Shown: positions 8,262 to 17,633 of the stretch, piece after piece
Layout: every line of letters starts with the position of its first letter
How positions within the stretch are numbered: position 1 is the stretch's first letter
IMG/VR virus record: IMGVR_UViG_3300017991_000001
Coordinates: 62,001-126,000 of that record
Length of the DNA: 64,000 nucleotides
Strand: one strand, 5' to 3'
Position numbers and translations under genes: made by a program
The notes under the pieces: generated by a model
The model's input: the letters and a program-made list of their open reading frames with translations, nothing else
Databases searched by the model: none
Told to the model about the DNA's origin: nothing

Positions 8262-8809
8262 GTGATCGCGTTTGGGACAGTGCTGAAGAAGTGGATTTCA
8301 AGGTGGTGAGCTTCCCGTACAGCCACGCGGAGCCGTTGGGCGGCCCCGAGGAGCCCACTTCCGGCGGGGTGGCGTTCAGCGTGTTGTCGGACTACACGAT
8401 GCACGTGCAACCGGTTGACGTGTTCAACGGTTATCTTCTGAAGAGGTGCCTCGTGCTGCCCGGACACCCGGCCACGCTCAGGAAGCTCGCCAAGGTGTTG
8501 ACCGATCAGGCGCTCAAGATCGAGACGGACGAGCTGACCAGGGGCGCGCCGTTGAAGCGTTCCAACGTGTTCGGGAACGTCGATTTGGGCAAGACCCGGC
8601 TGGTCAGGATGCGGCGGTTCGACTTGCTGGCGCACCTGGCAAGAGGTTGGCGCCATATAGGCTCGGACCGGAAGCGGGACATGCGTTGCCTCAGCAAGCT
8701 GGGCTTCGTCGAGAGCAGGTCAGGTCGTGACGCCAACGGGCGTTATCAATGGCGAGCCTCGAAGAAGGGGCGTGCGTTTCTCAAGCGATGGGGTGTCGAT
8801 GCCGATTAG
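8258..8809 (+). CDS. Hypothetical fusion: family C-like domain plus possible winged helix
   Basis: Internal TLRKLAKVLTDQALKIETDELTRG resembles the EADQL motif; C-terminal LSKLGFVES...WRASKKG. Confidence 0.55.
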   Translation: MSDRVWDSAEEVDFKVVSFPYSHAEPLGGPEEPTSGGVAFSVLSDYTMHVQPVDVFNGYLLKRCLVLPGHPATLRKLAKVLTDQALKIETDELTRGAPLKRSNVFGNVDLGKTRLVRMRRFDLLAHLARGWRHIGSDRKRDMRCLSKLGFVESRSGRDANGRYQWRASKKGRAFLKRWGVDAD

Positions 8810-9017
8810 CGAAGAGGAAAAGAGACGCAGGGAGATCGTGGCGAAGTGGCTGGACGTACCGCTCCCGCCCGAGCCGACGGAGGAGGAGAAGAAGGCCTAC
8901 GAGCGCGAGTGGAAGCGTAGGCGCCGGAACCCGCTGGGACGCAGGAAGTACTGGGCGCGTTCCAGCGCGGGGGTGCACCTGAACAACACCTTCATCTACG
9001 GAGACGGGCGATGTTAG
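8799..9017 (+). CDS. Small basic hypothetical protein
   Basis: Overlaps both neighbours. Confidence 0.5.
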   Translation: MPISEEEKRRREIVAKWLDVPLPPEPTEEEKKAYEREWKRRRRNPLGRRKYWARSSAGVHLNNTFIYGDGRC

Positions 9018-9394
9018 CGATAATGGACGGGTTTTTGGGCAGCGGCGGATTTCAGGACGGCAAGCAGGGACACATCCAAATGCCGGACGCATTGATGGGG
9101 CTGTTCTCCGACACGGGCAAGGTGGCCGTGGGGGCGATGTCCAGAGAGACGTGGACCTCGATGCTGCATTCCAGGTTGAAACTCCATGGGCTGAAAAAGT
9201 TCATGGAGCTGCTGAGCGAACATACGGCCCCCGTTTTTGGTGACGAGATCCTGGCAATGTTCAGGGAGATGGGGACGCTCGCCAAGGAAGGGGACAGGGA
9301 GTCGTTGAATCGTTGCGCCGACCTCATCAAGGACATTTGGGAAATGACGGACATGTTCAACGAAAAGAACTTCACACGCATAGGGGAAGAGTGA
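9011..9394 (+). CDS. Hypothetical protein
   Basis: Intact ORF in operon. Confidence 0.55.
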   Translation: MLAIMDGFLGSGGFQDGKQGHIQMPDALMGLFSDTGKVAVGAMSRETWTSMLHSRLKLHGLKKFMELLSEHTAPVFGDEILAMFREMGTLAKEGDRESLNRCADLIKDIWEMTDMFNEKNFTRIGEE

Positions 9395-9636
9395 TGCCCG
9401 GACCCGTGTCCGACAGCTACGACCCCGAGTGGGGTACGTCATCGAACGCCGACGACATACGGTTGGCGCTGAAGCACATGCATAAGAGATTGGGCGAGGT
9501 GATCGGCGGCCCGCCACACTTCATCCTGGACGTGGTTCATCGGGAAGAGCCGGGTCCGCCGATCACCGAAACGTTCACCGAGCAGGAGTGGCGCATCCTG
9601 CGCTTCGCCTGCGAGCGTGCGAGTGAGAACTTGTGA
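9394..9636 (+). CDS. Hypothetical protein
   Basis: TGATG overlap. Confidence 0.55.
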   Translation: MPGPVSDSYDPEWGTSSNADDIRLALKHMHKRLGEVIGGPPHFILDVVHREEPGPPITETFTEQEWRILRFACERASENL

Positions 9637-9977
9637 TCGACCTGCGTAGGTACCCGGCGCTGTGGGGCAACTACCCCATACAGAAGGGGCCGTTCAAAGA
9701 TCCTGACTGGGACGTGTCGGCCAACACGGCGCTGTTCCTGTATCTGAGCGAGCTGCACACCTTCGATCCCGTGACGGACTTCATGTGCTTCGAGGACCTG
9801 CGGGAGATGCTGAAGCGGGAGCCGGGCGACGACTTCTTCCAATTGAGGTGGGTCGACAAGTTCGAGGGTGTGGCCAGCGAGATGGTGCGGGCCGAGCGCT
9901 TCAGGCGGGGCGTGCAGGCCGTGGATTGGGTGTTGAAGCTGGAGGACGGGCAGATACGCGTGGAGGTGACGACATGA
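9633..9977 (+). CDS. Hypothetical protein
   Basis: GTGA overlap. Confidence 0.55.
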   Translation: MIDLRRYPALWGNYPIQKGPFKDPDWDVSANTALFLYLSELHTFDPVTDFMCFEDLREMLKREPGDDFFQLRWVDKFEGVASEMVRAERFRRGVQAVDWVLKLEDGQIRVEVTT

Positions 9978-10291
9978 GCCTGAAGTTGAGCCATAGCAGC
10001 GACGCTTCGCACACCATCACGGCGAAGACGTGGACGGCCGACCACGTGATGTTGTTCTCGAAAGAGCTGTCGAGCAGTCACGGGATCGAGATCGACATGC
10101 GCGACTTCTGCGAGCTGGTGCTGTACGTGCTGACCAATACGGATCTCGACCCCATGGACCCGCGGGTCAGGCTGGTCAACCTCATCCGGGAGATGAAGAT
10201 CGTGGAGGGCCACAACGGCGAGGGTACGGGGAGGTTTGCCTGTGTTCAAGGCTGCGCTGTGGATGCAGAAGAAGGGCACGTCCGAGGCTGA
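9974..10291 (+). CDS. Hypothetical protein
   Basis: GGAGG RBS, ATGA overlap. Confidence 0.55.
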   Translation: MSLKLSHSSDASHTITAKTWTADHVMLFSKELSSSHGIEIDMRDFCELVLYVLTNTDLDPMDPRVRLVNLIREMKIVEGHNGEGTGRFACVQGCAVDAEEGHVRG

Positions 10292-10715
10292 CAAGCTGGC
10301 TGACGCCGTGGTGCTGGAGGTGGGCGAGCCCAATGACCCCGTGCTCATCAACGAGCGGTTCGGGTGGGACGACAAGTGGGCTGTGGTGCGCGTTATCCCT
10401 GGCTATGACGACAGGATTAGCCACATCGAGCAAAACTACTGGGGCGTTCCGTACAACGTGAACCACGACTGGCTGGCCGTGGACGCCTACCTGAAGGTTA
10501 GGAGAGCGAAGGATATGGAGGAGATGTTTCCGCGCCCGCAGTTCACGGGGACGTGGGTGTGGGGACCCGACGACCGATGTAGTGGCAAGCGGCTGTTGGT
10601 CTTCCGCGACCGATGGATCACGACCGTGGATTCCACCAATTTGTTCGACTTCAACGGCCGCGCGTACTTCATACCGGGGAGAAGCTCATGTTCAGATGTT
10701 CCCGAGTCACCCTGA
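10263..10715 (+). CDS. Hypothetical protein
   Basis: Intact ORF; start uncertain. Confidence 0.55.
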   Translation: MQKKGTSEADKLADAVVLEVGEPNDPVLINERFGWDDKWAVVRVIPGYDDRISHIEQNYWGVPYNVNHDWLAVDAYLKVRRAKDMEEMFPRPQFTGTWVWGPDDRCSGKRLLVFRDRWITTVDSTNLFDFNGRAYFIPGRSSCSDVPESP

Positions 10716-11242
10716 GCGAAGGCTACAAGGAGGTCGCGCGCACGGAGTGGCCCATGATCGTGCTGGAGGAGGGCGACCCGGACGACCCCGTGGTGCTGTA
10801 CGAGCTGTTCAAGTGGCACGAGGACAACATCCTCTACCGGCTGGTCGACATAGACAGGGTCTATGACCGGGCCGAGGTGCGCGTCGATGCGCCCATGGGC
10901 CGCCCGATTTCCATGCGCTGGCTGGCCGCGCGGCAGGACCGCAGGCTGGACGCCGACCTGGCGGACGGACACAAGCCGATGGTCAGTTTCGACGGACAGC
11001 TGCTGGTGCCGTCCGAGACCAGCTCGAACGGGGAGAAGGACACGTTCCCCGTGGAGGGCAACATCATGATCTATACGGCCTACTACGTTCAGCCGATGGA
11101 TGTTACGGGCACGTCGGGGTCGACGGGGTTGCAGCCGGGTTGGACGACGAATCGTCCGCCGAGGAAGTTAAACAAGCCGCCCAAGATGGGCATGGTCGAA
11201 CACCGTTACAAGAACTACAGGAGACTGCGTGGGAACCATTAG
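10688..11242 (+). CDS. Hypothetical protein
   Basis: Intact ORF with RBS. Confidence 0.55.
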   Translation: MFRCSRVTLSEGYKEVARTEWPMIVLEEGDPDDPVVLYELFKWHEDNILYRLVDIDRVYDRAEVRVDAPMGRPISMRWLAARQDRRLDADLADGHKPMVSFDGQLLVPSETSSNGEKDTFPVEGNIMIYTAYYVQPMDVTGTSGSTGLQPGWTTNRPPRKLNKPPKMGMVEHRYKNYRRLRGNH

Positions 11243-11423
11243 CATCTGGGGACGTTACCTGGACAACGAGCCGGAGAAGGTCGACTTCGCGCATAGCAAG
11301 AGCGGGGCCGAGTACCTGGCGGCGGAATACAAGCTGGCCTTCGGGCGGGACTGGAAGGTCTGGGCAGGCAGAAAGGACCAGGAGCCGAAAGATGAGCCGA
11401 AGTCCGATTACACTCGCGTCTGA
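11229..11423 (+). CDS. Small hypothetical phage protein
   Basis: WGRY...EKVD...AEYLAAEYKLAFG..W. Confidence 0.55.
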   Translation: MGTISIWGRYLDNEPEKVDFAHSKSGAEYLAAEYKLAFGRDWKVWAGRKDQEPKDEPKSDYTRV

Positions 11424-11697
11424 GGCGTACATGCTGTTGAAGAACCCGCAGATGGACGGGAGCCACGTGCCCAAGGCGCGTGAGCGGATACGCGAGCTGC
11501 AGGACGAGCTTCGCAAGCAGGATGATTTCTTCCTTACGGTCTACCGTGACAGCGGTGGCAACGTGCAGGTGCACGCCGCCCCGGAGGTGGAGTGGGAGGA
11601 GTTCAGGGAGGCGAGCCACCTCGACGAGGAGGACATCCTCTTCCAGTTCGAGATCGAGGGGCAGATCACCGGAGAGCCCAAGGTGACGAACTACTGA
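11392..11697 (+). CDS. Hypothetical acidic protein
   Basis: Intact ORF, TGATG overlap at 3' end. Confidence 0.55.
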   Translation: MSRSPITLASEAYMLLKNPQMDGSHVPKARERIRELQDELRKQDDFFLTVYRDSGGNVQVHAAPEVEWEEFREASHLDEEDILFQFEIEGQITGEPKVTNY

Positions 11698-12200
11698 TGA
11701 AAGATCGGACAGCTAGACACCGGACGAAGATATCGACACCCGTGGAGCGCTTGGTGGATGCGCGGCTTATTCTTCCAGCCGCTGACGGGTGGAACCCTCC
11801 CGACGTGATCTTGGATTACGGTTGCGGGTACGGGACCGACGCGTATTTCCTGCACGCAGATAGGTGGGACCCTTGCTACTTTCCCGATAGGGGGCCACTG
11901 AAAGACGAGCATTACAACGTAGTGTTGTGCACCTACGTCCTGAACATCCTACCTACGAAAGCAGAGCGACAAGCGGTACTCGATGACGTTTGCAGGTTGC
12001 TGCACCCTATTTTGGGCTGGGCGTACGTGACCGTGCGACGGGACGTAAAAGGTTGGCACCGCTCGTGGCGGGGCTGGCAGGGCAACGTCCAGATACCCGA
12101 GGGCGAGTGGACGGCCCGAAGTCTGTGGAAGACAGGCTGGTACGAAACGTACGAGATCACCAAGACTCCGGTGCCGGCATCGAAAAGGAGGAAGCGTTGA
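11697..12200 (+). CDS. Class I SAM-dependent methyltransferase (minimal)
   Basis: ILDYGCGYGTD, WDPCY, YNVVLCTYVLNIL...ER..VL. Confidence 0.75.
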   Translation: MKDRTARHRTKISTPVERLVDARLILPAADGWNPPDVILDYGCGYGTDAYFLHADRWDPCYFPDRGPLKDEHYNVVLCTYVLNILPTKAERQAVLDDVCRLLHPILGWAYVTVRRDVKGWHRSWRGWQGNVQIPEGEWTARSLWKTGWYETYEITKTPVPASKRRKR

Positions 12201-12445
12201 AGAATCAAGGCATATGTCTGGACTACCCGGTGACCCGGGACGAAGTCATCAAGGTGCGGCTGGTGGACGCCAAGCGCGTGTCCGTGTTCACGGACGCCGC
12301 CGTGCTGCGTATCTGCCCCGAGGCCCGCATCTCCGTGATGGGCCACAAGGGCGAGTGTCTGGCCAGCTTTCCCTGGCGGGAGGTGAAGGATGCCGGGGTG
12401 GTCATGATCCCGAAGGAAAAGGAAGGCGATGTCATACGAACCTGA
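12197..12445 (+). CDS. Hypothetical protein
   Basis: AGGAGG RBS, TTGA overlap. Confidence 0.55.
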   Translation: MKNQGICLDYPVTRDEVIKVRLVDAKRVSVFTDAAVLRICPEARISVMGHKGECLASFPWREVKDAGVVMIPKEKEGDVIRT

Positions 12446-13199
12446 GCCTCAGGAGTGGACGGAGAAGTTTCCGTTCTCGCAGGAGTTGCAGGTGATCGAC
12501 GCGCCCAGCTACAGGAAGTGGCTGGCCGAGGTGTGCCCGCAGATGAAGGGCGTCAAGCCGCTGCCGGGCCCGAAGATCTGTAAGGAAGGCATACCCATAG
12601 GCAAGTTCCGCTTCGGTGTGATGGAAATGAAGACACACCGCATGGGCAGCCCGTGGGAGGGGATGGGCATCCCGCTGCAGCTTTGTTCCGGCAAGCTGAG
12701 GAAGATGCGCAGCACGCTGTCGATCGCGCAGGGCCGAAAGCGCGGCGAGGTTGCGTTCACGGGGCCGGTGAAGATCCCCGTGCTGCACGACGAGTTCGGG
12801 AACGTGTGGATGTCCCTGACACCGATGGAGGTCATCACGCAGCGTGCCGGCGTGCGCAAGGCGAAGGGGCGCGTGCTGATGGGCGGACTGGGCATGGGCT
12901 GGCTGGCCCGCAAGGTCTGCGAGAAGAAGACGGTCAAGAGCCTGGTCGTGCACGAGAAGGACAAGGACGTGGCCAACTTCTTCGGGGAGCAGCTCGTCCG
13001 CGACTTTGGCAGGAAGATCAACATCTTCGTCAAGGACGTCTATGCCGGGATGAACGGCAACACGAGGAAGTTCGATACGGTCCTGATGGACATCTGGTCG
13101 GACTTCCACGGAGCGGAGTACGACCACAAGTTCACAGAGTTGGTCAAGACCCATCCCCGCGTTTGGGGCTGGGGCTATCACCCGGAGAGGAGCTGGTAA
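12429..13199 (+). CDS. SAM-dependent methyltransferase, spermidine synthase-like fold
   Basis: GRVLMGGLGMGW, VHEKDKDV, DVY, FDTVLMDIW. Confidence 0.7.
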   Translation: MSYEPEPQEWTEKFPFSQELQVIDAPSYRKWLAEVCPQMKGVKPLPGPKICKEGIPIGKFRFGVMEMKTHRMGSPWEGMGIPLQLCSGKLRKMRSTLSIAQGRKRGEVAFTGPVKIPVLHDEFGNVWMSLTPMEVITQRAGVRKAKGRVLMGGLGMGWLARKVCEKKTVKSLVVHEKDKDVANFFGEQLVRDFGRKINIFVKDVYAGMNGNTRKFDTVLMDIWSDFHGAEYDHKFTELVKTHPRVWGWGYHPERSW

Positions 13200-13660
13200 T
13201 GGGAGCTGATCTTTGCGGGTACCTCGTCGAGGGCCCTGTTTCTCTAGACCCACAGAAGGTACTCAACGCCATCAACCTGTTCACGCAGGTGCGGCAGAGG
13301 GCAGACGGCGTGCTGACGGATGGAGCGGACGCAAAAACCGTCTCCGAGATCCTTCGCGATCGAGGGGAGGGCGCGCGCTACTCCTCGTTGATATTCGGCG
13401 ATCCGACCGAAGCGCAGCTTGACCTGCTTGAGCAGGTGGTGGATGCGGGACCAGACTTCGTCAACGAGTTCGTGGGGCTGTGGGAAGGCAAGATCGTGCG
13501 GCGCGACTTCTCGTGCCGGCGCTCGGCGTCGGACGCGGACGTTCAGCTGGCCTTCGCGGGCGAGCGTTCAGGTGGAGATGGGCCAGAGCCCAGTTCGGCC
13601 TGGTGGATGTTCATGGTCGCCGACGTAACCGGCGTATTGGAAGCACTGGAGATCGCTTGA
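13199..13660 (+). CDS. Hypothetical protein
   Basis: TAATG overlap. Confidence 0.55.
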   Translation: MGADLCGYLVEGPVSLDPQKVLNAINLFTQVRQRADGVLTDGADAKTVSEILRDRGEGARYSSLIFGDPTEAQLDLLEQVVDAGPDFVNEFVGLWEGKIVRRDFSCRRSASDADVQLAFAGERSGGDGPEPSSAWWMFMVADVTGVLEALEIA

Positions 13661-13833
13661 TGGACTACGAAGCGCTCGCGAGAGCCGACGAGGCCCGGCG
13701 CATCGAGGAGGAGAGGGCCGCCAAGGCCAAGGCCGAGGCGTCCCGCTGTCCGTACTGCGGGGCGTGTCACGGCCACCACGTGGCCAACTGCGACGAGCTC
13801 AAGGCCATGGCCAGGAAGAGGTCGCGCACATGA
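13660..13833 (+). CDS. Small Cys/His-rich protein
   Basis: CPYCGACHGHH...C. Confidence 0.5.
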   Translation: MDYEALARADEARRIEEERAAKAKAEASRCPYCGACHGHHVANCDELKAMARKRSRT

Positions 13834-14402
13834 TCACGATCAAGCCGATGGAATGTGCACAGATCGCAGACCCGGACAAGTTCGCCAACATCGTGCTTCA
13901 CGACACCCCCAGCCTGCCCGGCAAGGGGTGGTGCCTGCTCGCCGTCCTGTGGGAGGAGCGGGTCGAGCGCGAGACGGGCGACGCGGTCGTGTACCTGCCG
14001 CCCTACCAGAAGGACGGCTGCAGCTACAGCGCGACGCTGGAGAAGGAAGCCAACGTGCAGCATGTCTACAAGGTCATGCGGCCCATGTTTCTGATGGGTC
14101 AGCTGACCGAGCCTGCCTTCGAGGAGCTACGGAACGAAGTCTCGGAGTCGAAGGACCGGATCAACGAAATGATGCGGGACCTGGACGACGCCAAAAGGGA
14201 CCTGAAGAAAGTGTCTGAGGAGCTCGAGAAGGTCAGCAAGCGTCGCGACGAGCTGAACGAACACGCGAACAAGAGCCTGGCGCTCCAGAAGCACGCGGAG
14301 AACGAGTGCAAGAACGTGAAGGTTAAGCTGGACATCCTGAAGCAGGAGATCGGGGCCGCGCGCTGGCGCGAGATATTCGGCGAGGAGGTGAAGGATGCCT
14401 GA
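13830..14402 (+). CDS. Hypothetical coiled-coil protein
   Basis: Heptad-rich C-terminal half. Confidence 0.6.
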   Translation: MITIKPMECAQIADPDKFANIVLHDTPSLPGKGWCLLAVLWEERVERETGDAVVYLPPYQKDGCSYSATLEKEANVQHVYKVMRPMFLMGQLTEPAFEELRNEVSESKDRINEMMRDLDDAKRDLKKVSEELEKVSKRRDELNEHANKSLALQKHAENECKNVKVKLDILKQEIGAARWREIFGEEVKDA

Positions 14403-14637
14403 CATTCCCGCGTTGAGGGAAGGCGACAAGAACAACTTCGCGATGCTGGAGAAGGCCGCCGAGCTGGGCGACCTGTCCCTGGTGTCGAGCATACGTAAAA
14501 GCGACGGTGCGCAGGTCGCTTTGGTGTGTGCCATGTCCGTGGAGGAAGAGGACGGCGAGCAGTTTTTCCGGCCGGTGCCGCTGGCCGTAATGATCGAGGG
14601 CAACCCCTACGAGGACTTCGAGGACCCAACCCAATGA
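14395..14637 (+). CDS. Conserved-looking small phage protein
   Basis: GDLSLVS...VALVCA...PLAVMIEGNPYE. Confidence 0.6.
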   Translation: MPDIPALREGDKNNFAMLEKAAELGDLSLVSSIRKSDGAQVALVCAMSVEEEDGEQFFRPVPLAVMIEGNPYEDFEDPTQ

Positions 14638-14837
14638 CCGTACTGGAGATGACCGAGAGGTTGAAGGAGCTGCCGCCGGACATGACGGTGTGCCTGGCGG
14701 ACTGGAACGAGGGCTACCTTGCACCCAGCGAACCGCAGGCCGAGATCGTCAAGGTCCAGCAGGGGCAGTACATGGTGAAGAAGAACGGAAAGCTGCAGAT
14801 TCTCTCCGGCGAGTTCGTGCAGATCGGTGAGGTATGA
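14634..14837 (+). CDS. Small hypothetical protein
   Basis: MTVLEMTERLKELPPDMTV, a common phage N-terminus. Confidence 0.55.
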   Translation: MTVLEMTERLKELPPDMTVCLADWNEGYLAPSEPQAEIVKVQQGQYMVKKNGKLQILSGEFVQIGEV

Positions 14838-15226
14838 TCAACAACCTTGATGGCTACATAGGCGGGGGCGGGGCGCTGCCCAACCCCCGCCTGGAGCTCG
14901 AGATCGACCTCGAGACCGGGCGCATGTCGCTGGAGAGTTCCAAGGAGGCGATCAAGTCGATCTCCAACCCGGCCTACGTCAAGTACGGGGTCATCACGCT
15001 GGCGGAGTGGCGCGCGACGGCGCTGGCGACCATGTCTCAGGTGGGCGACGGCGCCTTCTTCCAGGAGTTCATCGAGCACGCGAAGAACATGATGGAGGGG
15101 GAGGGGGCGAAGGCGGAGATGGACCGTCTTCTCGAGGACACGGCCCGGTTCAGGGCCGCCGGGCTGTCGCCCGAGCAGCTCCTGGACAACATAATCAAGA
15201 GCGACGTCGGAGGACTACTCTTTTGA
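14834..15226 (+). CDS. Hypothetical protein
   Basis: ATGA overlap with RBS. Confidence 0.55.
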   Translation: MINNLDGYIGGGGALPNPRLELEIDLETGRMSLESSKEAIKSISNPAYVKYGVITLAEWRATALATMSQVGDGAFFQEFIEHAKNMMEGEGAKAEMDRLLEDTARFRAAGLSPEQLLDNIIKSDVGGLLF

Positions 15227-15429
15227 TGGATGACGCGACGTACATGCAGGTGGTGTTGAACTTCACGCTGTTCGCGATCGGTATGATCGCGGGCATGCTC
15301 TTCGGCAAGCACATGTTCTACAGGCCGCCCCACAAACACAAGTTCTCGGAGTGGGCGCCGATAGAGCACCCCTCCGCGGAGCGGTTCTACTGGGACTGCG
15401 GCCACAGGGAAAGGAAGCGAATCGACTGA
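15226..15429 (+). CDS. Small membrane protein
   Basis: VVLNFTLFAIGMIAGMLFG hydrophobic segment. Confidence 0.55.
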   Translation: MDDATYMQVVLNFTLFAIGMIAGMLFGKHMFYRPPHKHKFSEWAPIEHPSAERFYWDCGHRERKRID

Positions 15430-15935
15430 TGGGTGCATACTTCACAATCAGCGGGGAGTTTATTACCCGCACGAAGGCGACCAAGCGCGGCACGCAGGAC
15501 GCCGTGGTCAACTGCTTCGACGAGGTCTGGCTCAGGTGCAATCTGGACCGGTACGTGTCTGTGGAGCGGCACGGCAAATACCGGCAGAAGGTCACGATCG
15601 AGATGGACTACGTGACCATCCGGCACTCCGATGCGGACGACATCATGAGGGGCTGGTTGAAGTGCTGTGAGATGATCATGGACCAGAAGGACATGGCCAA
15701 GGCCTCCGCCCGCTACTCGGGCGACGAGGGCGATACGGAGTACACGTTGCGGGCGGGCAAGCGGTACCTGGTGCTCAACTCCCGGATCGACGTGCTCAAC
15801 GGCAAGATCAAGGAGCTAGAGAAGGAGCGCGACAAGCTGGTCAAGGAACGGTCCGTCACGCACGTGGACGAGTTCCACGGTTCCATCGTGGACGACGAGG
15901 ACGAGACGGAGATGGAGATGACGGATGGCGAGTAA
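15429..15935 (+). CDS. Hypothetical protein
   Basis: TGATG overlap; short coiled coil. Confidence 0.6.
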   Translation: MGAYFTISGEFITRTKATKRGTQDAVVNCFDEVWLRCNLDRYVSVERHGKYRQKVTIEMDYVTIRHSDADDIMRGWLKCCEMIMDQKDMAKASARYSGDEGDTEYTLRAGKRYLVLNSRIDVLNGKIKELEKERDKLVKERSVTHVDEFHGSIVDDEDETEMEMTDGE

Positions 15936-16089
15936 ACGTTGGAAGGTACGCAGGAGCGTCTGGCCGTATCCCGACGGGTACGCGGTCTACGACGCGAAGG
16001 CGAAAGTGGTTCTCGATTCAGGGTTGTCTCACGAGGAGGCACAAACCTTGTGCGACCGGATGAACGAGGAAGAGCGCGATGGCGAGTAA
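15925..16089 (+). CDS. Small hypothetical protein (54 aa, not in ORF track)
   Basis: MASKRWKVRRSVWPYPDGYAVYD...CDRMNEEERDGE fills the gap and overlaps both neighbours. Confidence 0.55.
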   Translation: MASKRWKVRRSVWPYPDGYAVYDAKAKVVLDSGLSHEEAQTLCDRMNEEERDGE

Positions 16090-16414
16090 GGGTTTCAAGC
16101 TGCTGCCGCCCAAGCCCGGCGTCTGCCAGGAGTGCGCGGTGGACCACAAGCCGGGCGAGCCGCACAACCCGGGCAGCATGTACTACCAGTATAAGTTCCA
16201 CGGGGAGCACGGGCGCTGGCCCACCTGGAAGGACGCCATCGCCCACTGTGAGCCCGAGCTGCGCGAGGCGCTCAAGGAGGAGCTGATCCTCATGCAGGTC
16301 TGGGACCCCAAGTGGGACCAGCCCGAAGGCGAGGTGCCGGACGTGATGCCGGCCAACGACGGTTCGATCGGGACCGTGACAATCGTGTCGACGGAGGACA
16401 AAGAGGATGACTGA
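16079..16414 (+). CDS. Conserved-looking phage protein
   Basis: LLPPKPGVCQECAVDH...PHN..SMYYQYKF..EHGRWPTWKDAIAHC. Confidence 0.65.
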   Translation: MASKGFKLLPPKPGVCQECAVDHKPGEPHNPGSMYYQYKFHGEHGRWPTWKDAIAHCEPELREALKEELILMQVWDPKWDQPEGEVPDVMPANDGSIGTVTIVSTEDKEDD

Positions 16415-16694
16415 CGGCGACGGTACGCCGGCCAGCGCGCTGGCCGACGAGCTGGTTGCGAAGTTCGTGTTCGAGCCTGACGGCAAGGGCGACTTCCACT
16501 GCGAGACGGGGGAGCATTACCTGGCGGATAAAGTTGCCCGGCATATGGGGACCGACGCCGACCTTGTCGAGTCGTTCGCGAACATCTTCTTCAACCGCGT
16601 CATGGAGCGGTTCATGGAGCCACACTCCGAGCTGCACGCCAAGTGCCTGAAGCTGGTGGAGGAAATGAAGGAGAAGGAGGATGCCGACAATTAG
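16407..16694 (+). CDS. Hypothetical protein
   Basis: Intact ORF with RBS. Confidence 0.55.
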   Translation: MTDGDGTPASALADELVAKFVFEPDGKGDFHCETGEHYLADKVARHMGTDADLVESFANIFFNRVMERFMEPHSELHAKCLKLVEEMKEKEDADN

Positions 16695-17040
16695 CATGAG
16701 GGCTGCCGGGCCCGGTACGTTGCGGGAGCACCCCATCGTACAGCACTTCCTGAAGCATTACCGTTCGCCGCATTTCTATACGCTGAGGACGTGCACGCGC
16801 TGCGATTATCAGATCGGGTATTTCGTCGACGAGAACGATCGCCTGTTCTACGACAGCGGCTGTGAGTGCACCTACCACAACGGCCCGAACATCGAGCCGC
16901 GCAGTTGGGAGATGCTGGTGGAGTACTTCCGTGCGCACCAGCCGGAGATGGACCTGCTGCTGGCCCTGAACATCGACCGGGCCGGCAACGACAATCCGAT
17001 TGCGGAGGATGACGAACCCGAAGGGGAAGACGATGAATGA
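16681..17040 (+). CDS. Family A paralog 1 (CxxC/CxC)
   Basis: HFLKHY..FYTLRTCTRC..IGYF...CEC...W..L...DLLLALNID. Confidence 0.7.
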   Translation: MPTISMRAAGPGTLREHPIVQHFLKHYRSPHFYTLRTCTRCDYQIGYFVDENDRLFYDSGCECTYHNGPNIEPRSWEMLVEYFRAHQPEMDLLLALNIDRAGNDNPIAEDDEPEGEDDE

Positions 17041-17251
17041 CGACGTCTGCTGGCTGGTCACCGTGCTTCACGACGGGCGATTGCTCAAATGCGCCGTGAA
17101 GTTCAAGCGCGACAGCGTGCCCGGCGACATGGTCAGGTATCCTACGGAGTGGCGCACGGAGGTCGGAGAGAGGCTGTTGCCCGAGCACGTCAGGTCCGCG
17201 GGTCCGATCGTGGCCGTCGAGGAGATCTTCGAGGTGCACGTGCGTGGATGA
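17033..17251 (+). CDS. Hypothetical protein within array A
   Basis: No family motif; overlaps both neighbours. Confidence 0.5.
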   Translation: MNDDVCWLVTVLHDGRLLKCAVKFKRDSVPGDMVRYPTEWRTEVGERLLPEHVRSAGPIVAVEEIFEVHVRG

Positions 17252-17633
17252 CAAGATGAGGGCGGTCTTGAGCTACATTGAGGAGCGCGTCGCTTCCAGG
17301 AACCTGGAAGAGGAAGTGGAGTGGTTCAAGAGGCGCCAACGGGCGGCCGAGATGGTTCCGGCGCTGAAGGACTTGCTGGTCAGGGAGGAGGCGTGGCTGT
17401 ATCGCGTGACTGGCTGTACGGCCTGCTATAGCCACTGCAAGTTTCACATTCCCAGCCTCCGCAGGAAAGAGGAGCCTTCCCTGTTCGCGAGTTTGTGCAA
17501 CTGTCACCAGTCCAACCTCATTGTGCTGGGATGGGAGGAGGTGGCGATGTTCTTCCTGAACCACCCCGGGCTGCTGGACCTGTACACGGCGTTCCAGATG
17601 GACGCCGTGGACGTAGAGGAAGCGAATGTCTGA
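17244..17633 (+). CDS. Family A paralog 2
   Basis: LYR..CTAC...CNC...WEEV...DLYTAFQMDAVDVEE. Confidence 0.7.
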   Translation: MDDKMRAVLSYIEERVASRNLEEEVEWFKRRQRAAEMVPALKDLLVREEAWLYRVTGCTACYSHCKFHIPSLRRKEEPSLFASLCNCHQSNLIVLGWEEVAMFFLNHPGLLDLYTAFQMDAVDVEEANV

